DNA of 63,501 nt, the filler included. It is 5 parts of 5 records of this genome, joined end to end, with 100 filler letters (N's around TTAATTAATTAA, not from the genome) between each part and the next. Parts side by side here need not be neighbours in the genome. Positions count along the whole stretch, not along the records: positions 43,758 to 58,131 come from DRR378314_2136; positions 58,232 to 63,501 come from DRR378314_2153; 3 more parts are not named here. One strand, 5' to 3'. The position numbers and the translations under genes were made by a program. Shown here in pieces: positions 53,273 to 63,501 of the stretch. Position 1 is the first letter of the stretch; the number at the start of each line of letters is the position of its first letter. The notes beneath the pieces were generated by a model. The model ran no database searches, was not told the origin of the DNA, and saw only the letters and a list, made by a program, of their open reading frames with translations.

Positions 53273-54913
53273 TTGTCTGAACCTCTCACTGTGCCATCCA
53301 CACTGACCGCCCAGGTTGAGCGTTTGCTCCCTAGCGCGCGCTTAGGGCGCCTAGGCCGCCTGCGTCGCGGGGTGGAAAAAGAGGGCCTGCGCGTTGACGC
53401 CAACGGCCATATTGCTCAAACGCCGCACCCTTACGCGCTGGGTTCAAAGCTAACCCACCCACATATCACCACTGACTACTCCGAAGCGCTATTGGAGTAC
53501 ATCACACCGGTGTATTCAGAGCCAAAAGAGGCGTTGGCGTTTTTATCAGACCTGCACACGTTTACCTATCACCACTTGGAAAATGAGTGGATTTGGCCAG
53601 GCAGCATGCCGTCTCGGCTTTCCGGCAACGATAGCGTACCGATTGCCGACTACGGCAGCTCCAATGTGGGCACCATGAAGCATGTTTATCGTAAAGGGTT
53701 AGATGTGCGCTACGGGCGTATTATGCAGGCCATAGCTGGAGTGCATTACAACGTATCGCTACCCGATGATATGTGGCATGCCCTGCGTGAGCTTGAAAAA
53801 GCCACCAATATTCCTTTTAACGATTATCGCTCTACGCGTTATTTCGGCATGATTCGGCATTTTCGTCGTCATAGCTGGCTGCTGCTCTACCTATTTGGCG
53901 CATCACCTGCCATCGACAAAAGCTTCCTGCCAACTGGCACAGTGCCTGAAAAACTGCAGTCGTTGAGCGACGACACCTATTACGCCCCCTATGCGACCAC
54001 GCTACGTATGTCGGATTTGGGCTATCAGAATAAAGTGCAGTCACAGCTTAAAATCTGCTTTAACTCGTTGTCCAACTACGTCAACACCCTGCGGCACGCT
54101 ATTTCCACTCCGTGGCCAGACTACGAAAAGCTGGGCGTGAAGAATGGCGACGAGTGGCAGCAGTTAAACGCCAATATTTTGCAGATTGAAAACGAATACT
54201 ACAGCGATATTCGCCCTAAACGAGTCGCCAAGCACAACGAAACACCCAGCCAGGCCCTGGAAGCGCGTGGGGTGGAGTACATCGAAGTACGCTGTTTGGA
54301 TCTTAATCCATTCGACCCGCTAGGTGTCACCGAGGCTCAGATGCGTTTTGTTGATACCTTCTTAATGTGGTGTCTACTCAGCGATAGCCCGTGGATTTCA
54401 GACGAAGAGTGCGACCGCTTAGACGACAATCGCCGTTTCGTCGTTGAGCGTGGGCGTGACCCAGCGCTGCAGCTGATCCATAACGGCAAAACGACGACTG
54501 TGAAGGAGTGGGGTGAGCAGATTTTTGCGGAAATGGCCGAAGTGGCACGCCTGTTGGATGCGGTAGAAGAGGGCGCTCCCCATGCGTCGGCACTCGCTGA
54601 GCTGGCGCCGCGGCTGAAAGATCCTTCTCTAACCCCCTCAGCGCAACTGCTAGCGCGCCTGGAAGCTGGTAATGGCTCGCTCAGCGACACGCTGTTGCAA
54701 TTGGCTCAAGAGCAGGCCGACAAGCTTAAATCCACGCCCATGCTGCGTTCTCGTGAAGCACTGCTTGCTCAGTTGATCGAAACCTCGCACCAACAGCAGC
54801 ACGATATCGAAGAAGCCGATCAAGAGAGCTTTAGTGAGTTCCTAAGTGCTTACTTTGCCAAAGCGCGTGAATCCAGAGCGCTGTCTGCTATTTCACCAGA
54901 GGATGGTCAATGA
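53273..54913 (+). CDS. gshA: Glutamate--cysteine ligase
   Basis: RGVEKEGLR, ITTDYSEALLE, GVHYN, LRMSDLGY, LQIENEYY, YIEVR; TTG start 8 nt after AAGGAG (GTG 53264 is an alternative). Confidence 0.96.
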   Translation: MSEPLTVPSTLTAQVERLLPSARLGRLGRLRRGVEKEGLRVDANGHIAQTPHPYALGSKLTHPHITTDYSEALLEYITPVYSEPKEALAFLSDLHTFTYHHLENEWIWPGSMPSRLSGNDSVPIADYGSSNVGTMKHVYRKGLDVRYGRIMQAIAGVHYNVSLPDDMWHALRELEKATNIPFNDYRSTRYFGMIRHFRRHSWLLLYLFGASPAIDKSFLPTGTVPEKLQSLSDDTYYAPYATTLRMSDLGYQNKVQSQLKICFNSLSNYVNTLRHAISTPWPDYEKLGVKNGDEWQQLNANILQIENEYYSDIRPKRVAKHNETPSQALEARGVEYIEVRCLDLNPFDPLGVTEAQMRFVDTFLMWCLLSDSPWISDEECDRLDDNRRFVVERGRDPALQLIHNGKTTTVKEWGEQIFAEMAEVARLLDAVEEGAPHASALAELAPRLKDPSLTPSAQLLARLEAGNGSLSDTLLQLAQEQADKLKSTPMLRSREALLAQLIETSHQQQHDIEEADQESFSEFLSAYFAKARESRALSAISPEDGQ

Positions 54914-55425
54914 CATCATTAGCAGTTCGCCCTATCGCGTTAGCGGGCTTCGCCTTTTGTGTTCTAATGATGGCGGTAGCCTTGGGGCTTGAGCATATTA
55001 TGGGGCTGGAACCCTGCCCGTTGTGTATTTTTCAGCGGGTCGCGGTGATTGCCGCAGGGCTGGTGCTAGGTATCGCTGCCCTGCACAACCCAAGTGGCAA
55101 AGTAGGCAAGGCTATCTACGGTTTGCTGAGCTTAGCCGCAGTAGGTACCGGTGCTTTTATTGCTGGAAGGCATGTATGGCTGCAAGGCTTGCCCGCCGAC
55201 GAAGTGCCAACTTGTGGCCCAGGCCTTGAGTACATGATGGATATCTTGCCGATGCAAGAAGTGGTTGCCATGGTGCTTACCGGCTCTGGTGAATGTGCTT
55301 CAATCGATTTCATGTTCTTAGGCTTGTCGCTGCCTGCATGGACCTTGATCGGCTTTTTATTGCTCGCCATTGCGCCTCTGCGTATTCTGTGGTCTGTAAA
55401 AACATGGTCTGTAAAAAAGAGTTAA
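54910..55425 (+). CDS. dsbB: Disulfide bond formation protein DsbB
   Basis: PCPLCIFQR; second Cys pair (TCGP, GECA); 4 TM. Confidence 0.95.
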   Translation: MTSLAVRPIALAGFAFCVLMMAVALGLEHIMGLEPCPLCIFQRVAVIAAGLVLGIAALHNPSGKVGKAIYGLLSLAAVGTGAFIAGRHVWLQGLPADEVPTCGPGLEYMMDILPMQEVVAMVLTGSGECASIDFMFLGLSLPAWTLIGFLLLAIAPLRILWSVKTWSVKKS

Positions 55426-55558
55426 ATAAGTGGTATGGTTTACGTTAATCGTTTGGCCTCATTTAATTAAGTAAACCGTACCCGCTAGGATTGACAGGTG
55501 TCCACGGACGCGCGAGTCTAGCTCAGTTGAAGATGGCTATCTGTAAGGAGAAAGCCCC

Positions 55559-56047
55559 ATGCTCGAAGATTGCAAAAATGCCCTGGAGCGCTGGGGGGGC
55601 GTGCACAGCTTGATTGATCGCTGGCTTGATCAGCGCCGTTCGCTGTTAGTCAGCTTCATTGAGCTGCAAGAAGCTTGTGACGCCGAATTAGAGGCAATTA
55701 GCAAAGCACGAATTGACACCTTTAGTGAGTTGTTGATGGACTACATCAGCGCTGGGCACTTCGAGATTTACCCCCAGCTTGCTGAGGAAGCGAAGGCATT
55801 CGACGATGAGAGTGCGCTACAAATCGCGGCAAAGCTCCTTGAGCGCTTAGAAATGTCAACGGCCATGGTGCTGGAGTTCGATGAAGACTTCGCCTCACCG
55901 GTACGCTGTCAGCAGAATCTAGTGCGTTTACCCGCCTGGATTGACCGCTTAGCGAAAGGCTTGGCAGAGCGCTTCGCCCTAGAAGACCAGCTAATCGCCC
56001 GCCTGCACGCCGCCCACAGCCCTCAGCAGATGAAGTCACCAGCGTAG
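55559..56047 (+). CDS. rsd: Rsd/AlgQ anti-sigma70 factor
   Basis: ERWGG...IDRWL, DYISAGHFEIY, RFALEDQLI. Confidence 0.93.
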   Translation: MLEDCKNALERWGGVHSLIDRWLDQRRSLLVSFIELQEACDAELEAISKARIDTFSELLMDYISAGHFEIYPQLAEEAKAFDDESALQIAAKLLERLEMSTAMVLEFDEDFASPVRCQQNLVRLPAWIDRLAKGLAERFALEDQLIARLHAAHSPQQMKSPA

Positions 56048-56062
56048 CGCTTTGCGCTGCCC

Positions 56063-56168
56063 CGCGGGTGCGCTTCGCTTACCACGCGCTACAACCCCTG
56101 TGAATTCAGTATGTTTTGTAGCGCGGTGTAACGAATCTTGCGAGGCACGAGCAAATGAGGCACCCGCG
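56063..56168. repeat. Intact GTAG-type REP doublet: short REP (minus, 56063-56093) and long REP (plus, 56117-56168)
   Basis: Same two units as at 49138-50659; both spacers contain TGAAYTCAGT; lies between convergent genes. Confidence 0.88.
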
Positions 56169-56214
56169 AACGGTGCCCCAGCCGCCCCTGCTATGCAGCC
56201 TCTCACCTCACCTA

Positions 56215-58131
56215 TTACTTCTCACGCCTTAGCTTGCCGCCTATCACTAGCATGCAGGGGGTTAATAAGAGCGTCAGGGCGGTGGCGAAAGTGAGGCCGC
56301 CGGCAATCGCGCTGGACATTTGTGTCCACCACTGAGCCGAAGGGGCATTGAAGCCTAACGCGGGTGCAAAGAGATTAACGTTGATTCCCAGCACCATCGG
56401 CATTAACCCGAGCACGGTGGTAATGGCGGTGAGAAGCACTGGGCGTAAGCGCAGGGTGCCTGCCTCTAGTGCCGCTTCGGTTGGGGGCATGCCTTGGCCG
56501 CGCAGCTCGTTGTAAGTATCGATCAAGACGATATTGTTGTTAACGACAATACCTGCCAGGGCGATAATGCCCATGCCCACCATGACAATACCAAACGCTT
56601 GGCCAGTAATGAGCAGCCCCATCAAAACCCCCGCAGTGGAGAACACAATGGCTGATAGCACCAGTGCTGCTTGATAGTAGCTATTGAATTGAGTTACTAG
56701 AATCAGCGCCATTAGCCCAATCGCGATCAAGAAAGCGCTAATCAAGAACTGCATGGATTCCTGCTGATCTTCTTGTTCACCCGCCACATTAACCATCAAA
56801 CTATCGTCAAGTTGGCTTTGGCCTGCCTCTAGTAGTGCTCGCAACCGCTCGTCCGCTAAATAGCCGGGTGCTAAATCTGCCTCAACGGTAATCGCACGGC
56901 GTCCATCAATGCGATTCAGAGTGCCTACTTTGGGGGCAGGTGTAATGTCTACAAAGTGAGCAATAGGCACTTGGCCTCGTGGGGTGTTGATCGTCAGTCG
57001 TTCAAGCTGGTTGAGCGTGCGCCAGTGTTCCGGTAAGCGCACGCGAATATCCACCTCATCAGTAACGGTAGGGGGGCGATAGTTGGCCACTTGAAGGCCA
57101 GTGGTGAGTAGCTGTACGGCACTACCAATGGTGGTGATATCGGTGCCCATGCGGGCAGCCGCTTCACGATTAACCTTTACCTGCCATTCGACCCCGGGCA
57201 GGCTGCGGTTATCCTGAATGTCGGTAAAACCGCCTAGCTCGTGCATTAGTGCCGTAATCTGGTCAACACCAGCGTTTGCGATATCTGGATCAGTGGCGCT
57301 GACTTCGAGCAGAATAGGTTTGCCGCCGCCAGGCCCCATCTCCTGCTCGCGAAACTCTAGTGTAATCCCCGGTAAATCTTGAGTGCGCTCGGCCATATCA
57401 GCCAAAATCGTGCGGGCAGGGCGACGCTGATACCAGTCGACAAACTGAAACTGCAACATCCCGATCACATCATTGCCCATTTGCTGGTTGGGCACCGCAA
57501 AAGAGCGTGCATAAAGGGCTTCGACTTCTCCCATGCTGCCCAGTCGGCTTTCCACCCGCTTCAGGATGGTGTCGGTTTCTTCAGCGGAAAAATCGCCTCG
57601 GGCACGTACCAGTACCTGCGCGCTGTCCGGCTCTACGCTGGGGAAGAAATCAACGCCATGATTAAAACGAGCATAGCCGGTATAAATCAACCCAATTAAC
57701 AACACCGCAAACACGAGCACCCAAGCGGGATGCTGCAGCAAACGCCCGAGCACGCGGCGGTAGCCACGCCCAAGTGACGTGCTTTCGTCGACCGGGCCTG
57801 CCCCTGCAGTCGCTGTATGGGATGTGCGGGTAAACAATCGACCCAGGGTAGGCAAAAACACCAGTGCCATGGCTAGCGACGCAAGAAGACACAAGATGAC
57901 GGTGGCAGGCAGGTACTTCATAAACTGGCCTACCACGCCTGGCCAAAACAGCAGCGGTATAAATACCGCAAGCGTTGTCGCGGTAGAGGCAATAACCGGC
58001 CAGCTCATGCGTGTTGCGGCATTCAGCCAAGCCTGGTGGGGAGATTGCCCCTCATGCAGGTGTCGATCAGCGAGCTCGCTGACCACAATCGCACCATCCA
58101 CGAGCATGCCAGCCACTAAGATCAGCGCAAA
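56215..58131 (-). CDS. RND (AcrB/AcrD/AcrF family) permease, C-terminal part (5' truncated)
   Basis: GMLVDGAIVVSE, GIVVNNNIVLID, RLRPVLLTAITT. Confidence 0.92.
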   Translation of the reverse strand, partial: FALILVAGMLVDGAIVVSELADRHLHEGQSPHQAWLNAATRMSWPVIASTATTLAVFIPLLFWPGVVGQFMKYLPATVILCLLASLAMALVFLPTLGRLFTRTSHTATAGAGPVDESTSLGRGYRRVLGRLLQHPAWVLVFAVLLIGLIYTGYARFNHGVDFFPSVEPDSAQVLVRARGDFSAEETDTILKRVESRLGSMGEVEALYARSFAVPNQQMGNDVIGMLQFQFVDWYQRRPARTILADMAERTQDLPGITLEFREQEMGPGGGKPILLEVSATDPDIANAGVDQITALMHELGGFTDIQDNRSLPGVEWQVKVNREAAARMGTDITTIGSAVQLLTTGLQVANYRPPTVTDEVDIRVRLPEHWRTLNQLERLTINTPRGQVPIAHFVDITPAPKVGTLNRIDGRRAITVEADLAPGYLADERLRALLEAGQSQLDDSLMVNVAGEQEDQQESMQFLISAFLIAIGLMALILVTQFNSYYQAALVLSAIVFSTAGVLMGLLITGQAFGIVMVGMGIIALAGIVVNNNIVLIDTYNELRGQGMPPTEAALEAGTLRLRPVLLTAITTVLGLMPMVLGINVNLFAPALGFNAPSAQWWTQMSSAIAGGLTFATALTLLLTPCMLVIGGKLRREK

Positions 58132-58231
58132 NNNNNNNNNNNNNNNNNNNNNNNNNNNNNNNNNNNNNNNNNNNNTTAATTAATTAANNNNNNNNNNNNN
58201 NNNNNNNNNNNNNNNNNNNNNNNNNNNNNNN
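58132..58231. other. Artificial contig linker
   Basis: N44-TTAATTAATTAA-N44. Confidence 0.98.
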
Positions 58232-58423
58232 TCATTCTTTGTTTCGAGGCGTTCCGCGCACTGAAGCGGCAAAAATGGAACACATGCGAACCTGCCGACG
58301 CCGCTACGCCACACTCCAGGATCGCAGAGGATTCCTGGGACGCCACATGGCGTGCGCGCTGCCTTTCATACTTCGATGCAACTCCCCGCCGCGCTCGGTT
58401 CAGGGGCACTGCTACGCCGGTAC

Positions 58424-59770
58424 CTTGGGCATCGCCTTTCCAGACGATTCGGGTTTCTCCAAGAACGCAATCAATCGCTCCGTGACCTGCAGTAGCCAGC
58501 GCGAGAGTTCGTCAGGAAGCCGCCGCTGCCTCGGTCGAGCCGCGAAGCGCCTCCCTCTCCCACAGCTCTGGTAGGTCTACCGGGCACATCAATCGATGTT
58601 TGCTTCACAAAAAAACGCACCTCATCTTTCGTCCCGCTGACTTGCAAGTCGCAAGCTGAGACCACATTGCGAAGAATGGTCCCCTTCACGCGTCCTATCC
58701 GCGTGCGGATGCGCTCCAAGTCCTTTTCCTGCGCCGTTGACGCGACCGCGAACCGCGGAAACAGTCAGGTTAGGGTACAAGCATCGCCCTGACAGCGGTG
58801 AAGCAGCAGCATAAGAAAACTTCGCTTCGAAAAGTACTCAGTGTGACCTGTTGTGTGAAAACCACACGTCAGAGGTTTCTGCACCGAGAGAAGCGAAAAA
58901 AGGTAGTCGATGCATCTGGCATAGCCACAAATAGAGCCGCCACTACGCGCAGACGAGGAGGCCCTCCGCCCCTATCTTGCACATGCCCAAGCATGCAAGG
59001 CATGATATACACTTTGATTATCGAGGGATACTGCACTATATCACACAAAAACGTGCCCATGCGCGGGCAAGCATGCGCACACGTACCTTGTCCTCGTGCA
59101 CAAATCCGGAGAAGTCGAGAATCATCTTCTTCGCCGTTCGGCGCTGTAGAGAATGCGCAGTAAAGCATCCCCGCAAGCGCCCACGAAGCCCAGAGCACGT
59201 GTCGGGCGAAAACAAGTTGCGCGAAACATGAATTCGATTGACGTTCGCCACGGATAGTCTTTGCCCGAAGCCTGCGACAACAGTGGCCGTTTGCTCAGGA
59301 ACACACCCACCCCCAGCCAGTTGCTACGGCGTTTGCGATTCGGCTCCAGAAGCAAGCAGCACGCACCTTTCCCGGGCGGTTGTACAGAATCTTGTGAAAT
59401 GCCTCGACCTCCTCACTATCTGGCTTGAGGCTCGATATAAAGTGCTCAACTGCGTGTGGGTTCCATATCACGAAATCGCACATAATCGGACTCGTTCGTC
59501 ATCAGATTCGTGTGCAGGTTTGGAGGGCAAGAGTGCACGCGCCAAAGCGTGCTGCGCCAGCGCCGCACCGTCCGCACATCACCCGTGGAGTACTAGCATT
59601 GCGCGGGCGAGCTTCTGTGTACCAGATGCCATGGGGCACAACGCACCACGCGGAATGTCGCGAAGCTTTGAACCAGCACCTACAGGAACGATGAGCTGCG
59701 TCGGCGCGCTCTTCGCCTCGGGGGCGAACACCTCGACCGCCTTGCGCTCGCGCGTCGGCCTCGCCGGCAT
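58424..59770 (-). CDS. Spliced eukaryotic DEK-family chromatin protein (SAP domain); exons 59770-59647, 59449-59367, 59143-59087, 58728-58621, 58486-58424; 3' part unresolved
   Basis: GT...CAG introns join in frame to MPARPTRERKAVE..GSKLRDIPRVEHF..FHKILYNRPGKRRTAKKMILDFSGF..SGTKDEVTERLIAFLEKPESSGKAMPK, which parallels recalled DEK blocks. Confidence 0.85.
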
Positions 59771-61673
59771 CTCTGTCGCACGCGGCCGCGCCGACAGCGC
59801 GTCAGGTTGAGCACGCACATACACAAACGTCAGTCCGACGAGCAGTGATCCCGGCGTTGCCCGCCTCTTCCCTTCCACGAGAACGCTAAGAGGGTTATAT
59901 GATTCAAATATGCGCCACGAGCAGCTGGCCCTGAGCGGAATTCGTCCTTTTATCGTTTCCTTTGGCAAACGGTGTCCAGCTATTTCGCCAGCAGGAGGAG
60001 CTACGCGGGAGAGAGTGAGAGAGCGAAGACGATGCGTGGTGCAGCAGTGCAGACGGTACGCGGAAACGGAGCCAGCCAACACCCCACTTACTCGAGAACA
60101 CGGTTCTTCCCCAACCAATTACACACTGCTTCTCAACGGAACAGCTCAGATCACTACACACGTTGCGATTTGGGACAGACAAACGCCAACGAGCTCGCAG
60201 CGCAACGAGTACAACTTGCGCGCCAGCTCCCAACTCAATTCCAACTGAGCCAGTGACCGCACAGCCGGTGCAACAGCGGGAGCGCGGCCAACGCGCGGAG
60301 CACCGGCAAAGAAAAGGTCCCGCAGTACGCGCGTAAGTGAACCGACAGTGGACATAATCGACTATATCACCCATTGGACACATATCAAAACCTTTTCCCC
60401 AAAGGCCGCCCATTAGCACGGAGGCGGCGGGTGCTCCGACCGCACGTACGCGCGATTGGGCGCGCGCTTTCGCGCCAAAACAGGCCGCACAGCGCGCGCG
60501 GCCACACGGCAGCGGCAACAGCACTTTGCGGCGCAATCACTTTCCCGTACTACCAAGATGCGGGTAAACGAGAAAAACGTAGCAAATACCATAGACTGCT
60601 GACCCGTGCCTTGCGTACCAGAAGCCATGCTGTGAGGAAGCGATTGGAGTCACAATTCGTCGGAGACGTACTCGCACGGAACTTGCCGCGGTTTTCGCGC
60701 GCGCGGCGACCTTCGCTTGGGTTCCGTGCCGCTCTTCGGCCCTAGTCTTCATGCTGCGGAGTAGGGCCAAGGTCTATGCATGGCACGCGCGTGTCCGCTT
60801 GGACCGACGCGCGGCAGCACGTCGGGAGAGCTACAACTCGCGGCAGGTGAGTGAACGCGCCTCGTAGAAAGGCGAACAGCAGCCTGTTTACAGGTGTATC
60901 CCCTCCACCGTTCACACGATCATTTTTTCAGGCGGGCATTACCATAGGAAACATTCCCTGTACATCCAGCGCGGGGTCGCACTATTGCAGGTCCTTCTGA
61001 CCCGCGACGGCAACGCCATGGTGCAGCACGCGAGCATTTCGCCACCAACGCAGTGGAGACACACGCTCCCTCGACAGCCTCATTCCCCCCAACAAAGACG
61101 CGAGCACCGACAGGAGAATAGCAACCTTCTGAACAAACAGTACACAGCTATGAGCTGAAATAAAGAACACTGCGCTCACTTCCCAGTGGAAACACAGTGC
61201 AAAACAAGCTCCCTGCTTCCCAGTACGAGTGCCAGGAACAAGCGGGTTGCAGCACACGCAAACGTGGCTGCGTAGCGGAGACGTACACCTACTGGGAGCC
61301 TTTTCAACCACACGTTCGCTGACCAGGGCATGGTGCCGCGTGCACCCAAAGTGCTCACGAGCGGTATTGCGCCCCGAAGAACCAGTGTCTCCGCCCTACT
61401 CGCCGAGCCGTACCACGTCGCGGAGTGCCGCCTACGAAGCGACGCAACTTGACGTAGAGCCTCGCAATTTTCTCGCGGAGCGTTCGCACGCTCAGTCGAC
61501 GCGGTACCCGCCCTCACAGCAGGCTTTCCGCAGTAATTTCACTGGCCTGATTCGCGATAGTGGTCCGTGATACGGCATCGACGGCACTATCGTCCCAATA
61601 GCGGAACCTCTGCGTGCGCTGTCACAGCTGCGCCCCGGCAGCGCGTGAGCGCGGGAAACGACCTCTTGCCGAA

Positions 61674-63029
61674 ATGCTTAGCGAACCTGCCGGTGCAATA
61701 GCAACAACGTGGCTCATATATGTTGGACCAGCAATTGTTGTACTTCTGCTTGCTTTCCGTCTCGCCGTTATCGATCGATTCATCAGTGGTATTGTATTTC
61801 CTACGCTATCAATCGAGAACGGCGCCAATGGGAAAGCACGTTCGTGCACGGTCAGGCACCGCATACTGACGCGCGACGTTCTTGCAGCGGTCCCGGAGTC
61901 GCCATACTGGCACTGGGTGGTGGCGGCGCCGCTCATCGCGCTTACTTGGCTAGTGGTGGACTCGCTCATCGAGTCGCCACGGTTCTTCGTGATACAACTC
62001 TGTTTTACAACTGTGTTTTTGTTCCCGGTGCACAGTCTCACAGCGACAATCCAAGGGCTTGCACCGCAAGATGCACGCTTCCTGCTCGCACTCTGTGTTG
62101 GCTCGTACGCCGTTGCCGTGGGCGCGCTCTTGCTTCCACCAAGTTGGCTGTCTCTGGATTTAGATGGGGCTGCTGCCGCTCTCCGGTCCGCTCTGTCGCA
62201 AACTCTCGCCGAAAATCAAAAACTGATCGCCGAAGATGCCGCTAACATGGTGGTGGATTCGATGACCCCGTATGCCGTCGCGGCCTTGGTGGCCGCGTGG
62301 GCGGCGTGCGCTGCGGTTGCGTTTGCTGCTGTGGGAATCGAGACGGGGCGGCTGCATACAGTAGCAACATCGCTGGCGCGTGGCAGCGCTTCCGGGCGCT
62401 CCGCGTTGGATAGCGCGCTGCAAGACGACGCACCCGGTGCAGTCAATTTAGGACTGAATATGGATATCCAGAGTAGCCGAACGGCGCGTGATGCCGCGGT
62501 AACTGCGGCGAGTTTCGTCGCTCCGCCGCTCCTGCTCGCTGCCGCCTGGTCGCCCTACATTGTACCGTGGATCGTACCGCGCACGCTGCTTCGCCCCGGC
62601 TCCGCGGGTGACTCAATTCTTGCGCATCAGTGTGTCGCTCCTGGATCGCCCGGAGAATTGGCCACGATGACAAGCGCAGCGCAGATTGGGGCCGCTGTGC
62701 TCTTGATTCTCTTGCGGTCGTCATCAGTGCGCTCGCTCGTTCGCGCGTCCGTGGCATCTCCGGCAAACGACGTGCAGCTGGTGGGTATCGTGACGGAAGA
62801 AGACGTCAGCCGAGTCAATAGCCGCGCCGTGGATGCCCTTTCGAATCTCAAGCATAATGCAGAACGTCTCTTCAGTCCGCCGATGATAGCACTCTGCTGT
62901 GTGATGGTGCGTACGAAGAAAATGGCCGCAGATGCCCATACAGCTGCTGTTGCAGCTGCAAGCCGTTGTGCCGCACCAATATGCACGTTGCCTGACCTGA
63001 ATCGGGTGAGCACATCTCGTCGCTGCTAA
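61674..63029 (+). CDS. TMEM161-like multi-pass membrane protein (eukaryotic; 3' end probably spliced)
   Basis: Long hydrophobic ORF; blocks SWLSLDLD, GRLH, SFVAPPLL..W, LLRSSSVRSLVRA and LFSPPM fall in the recalled TMEM161 order; candidate donors GTGCGT 62907 and GTGAGC 63006. Confidence 0.6.
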   Translation: MLSEPAGAIATTWLIYVGPAIVVLLLAFRLAVIDRFISGIVFPTLSIENGANGKARSCTVRHRILTRDVLAAVPESPYWHWVVAAPLIALTWLVVDSLIESPRFFVIQLCFTTVFLFPVHSLTATIQGLAPQDARFLLALCVGSYAVAVGALLLPPSWLSLDLDGAAAALRSALSQTLAENQKLIAEDAANMVVDSMTPYAVAALVAAWAACAAVAFAAVGIETGRLHTVATSLARGSASGRSALDSALQDDAPGAVNLGLNMDIQSSRTARDAAVTAASFVAPPLLLAAAWSPYIVPWIVPRTLLRPGSAGDSILAHQCVAPGSPGELATMTSAAQIGAAVLLILLRSSSVRSLVRASVASPANDVQLVGIVTEEDVSRVNSRAVDALSNLKHNAERLFSPPMIALCCVMVRTKKMAADAHTAAVAAASRCAAPICTLPDLNRVSTSRRC

Positions 63030-63501
63030 TCCCCGGTGTCGCGTATACGTTTATTTATTGTACAAATAACCCAATCGATTTTCAGGCACTCCTTCGGAGC
63101 GGAGCGATTGAAGTGTTGTACGAGAGAAGTATTATATCGCCTGCCGTTGCGCATTTCGCATCGTTTGCATTGTTCTGGTCCACGCTCGCAACAACCATTG
63201 GCCAGTCCCTCGGAGCAAAGCTTGCATCCCAACGGCACAAGGCACTTGTCATGCGCGGAATCAATATGCGCGCCGCTGAAGAGCATTCGGTGTCAAAAAC
63301 AGCAAAGCGCAGGCGAAAGAAGGGGTAGCAGTGCTGGGCTGCGGATACCTGCATACCCGCCGTCGATAACATACATGGATGCTTGGGAGCCGTTGCCGCG
63401 AAACAGTGCCTGTCTCCGTGAAGCACATGCGAGGAGAAGATCAAGAATGCGCACGACACCCACTTGTTCGCTCTTTCCTGGGAAGCATGGCTGAGTACAA
63501 T

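Noticed and set aside
55390-55417. 13-bp duplication at the dsbB 3' end (WSVKTWSVKK)
   Set aside because: Small local duplication in a variable tail with no evident function.
49138-56168. REP copies and short tandem repeats as a CRISPR array
   Set aside because: No regular repeat-spacer periodicity and no cas genes.
41725-58131. The two partial RND genes as halves of one gene
   Set aside because: Both cover the same C-terminal region, belong to different subfamilies and lie on different contigs.
58232-58300. Sixth DEK exon near the contig end
   Set aside because: Two candidate CAG acceptors give different frames and neither peptide is diagnostic.
59800-61600. Short ORFs and scattered splice-like sites between the DEK and TMEM161-like genes
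   Set aside because: The exon combinations I tried gave no recognisable protein; a gene here is not excluded but cannot be supported.

Overview
The window is not one locus. It is five unrelated contigs joined by four identical 100-nt linkers (N44-TTAATTAATTAA-N44). (1) 1-16686: AT-rich Pseudoalteromonas-like DNA with two chemoreceptors, an M28 peptidase, dbpA, a TPR hybrid kinase and rho-trxA-rhlB-gppA, ending in an rrn P1-like promoter. (2) 16787-24786: GC-rich Alcanivorax-like housekeeping block (carB-greA-yhbY-rlmE-ftsH-folP-glmM-tpiA-secG-tRNA-Leu). (3) 24887-43657: Halomonas-like contig with the best candidate for an undescribed system. This ~14-kb cluster joins opgG/opgH to a GTP cyclohydrolase II, a creatininase-fold deformylase, a reductase-only RibD, a non-canonical PTPS, an MDR dehydrogenase, a GT4-methyltransferase fusion, an FkbM methyltransferase, a flippase, a CDP-alcohol phosphotransferase and an LtaS/OpgB-like transferase. 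The flippase ORF reads through the entire antisense ribD gene into the ribA start. (4) 43758-58131: Halomonas-like housekeeping region (nudE-yrfG-hslR-hslO-pckA-msrB-tex-gshA-dsbB-rsd) with an IS1111-type IS110 element inserted in a REP. Candidate bridge/seekRNA guide segments and a circle-junction promoter can be read from the sequence, and a near-identical empty REP lies at 56.06 kb. (5) 58232-63501: eukaryotic DNA with a five-exon DEK-family gene that the ORF track misses and a TMEM161-like gene. All taxon and family calls come from recalled motifs and synteny; no searches were run.
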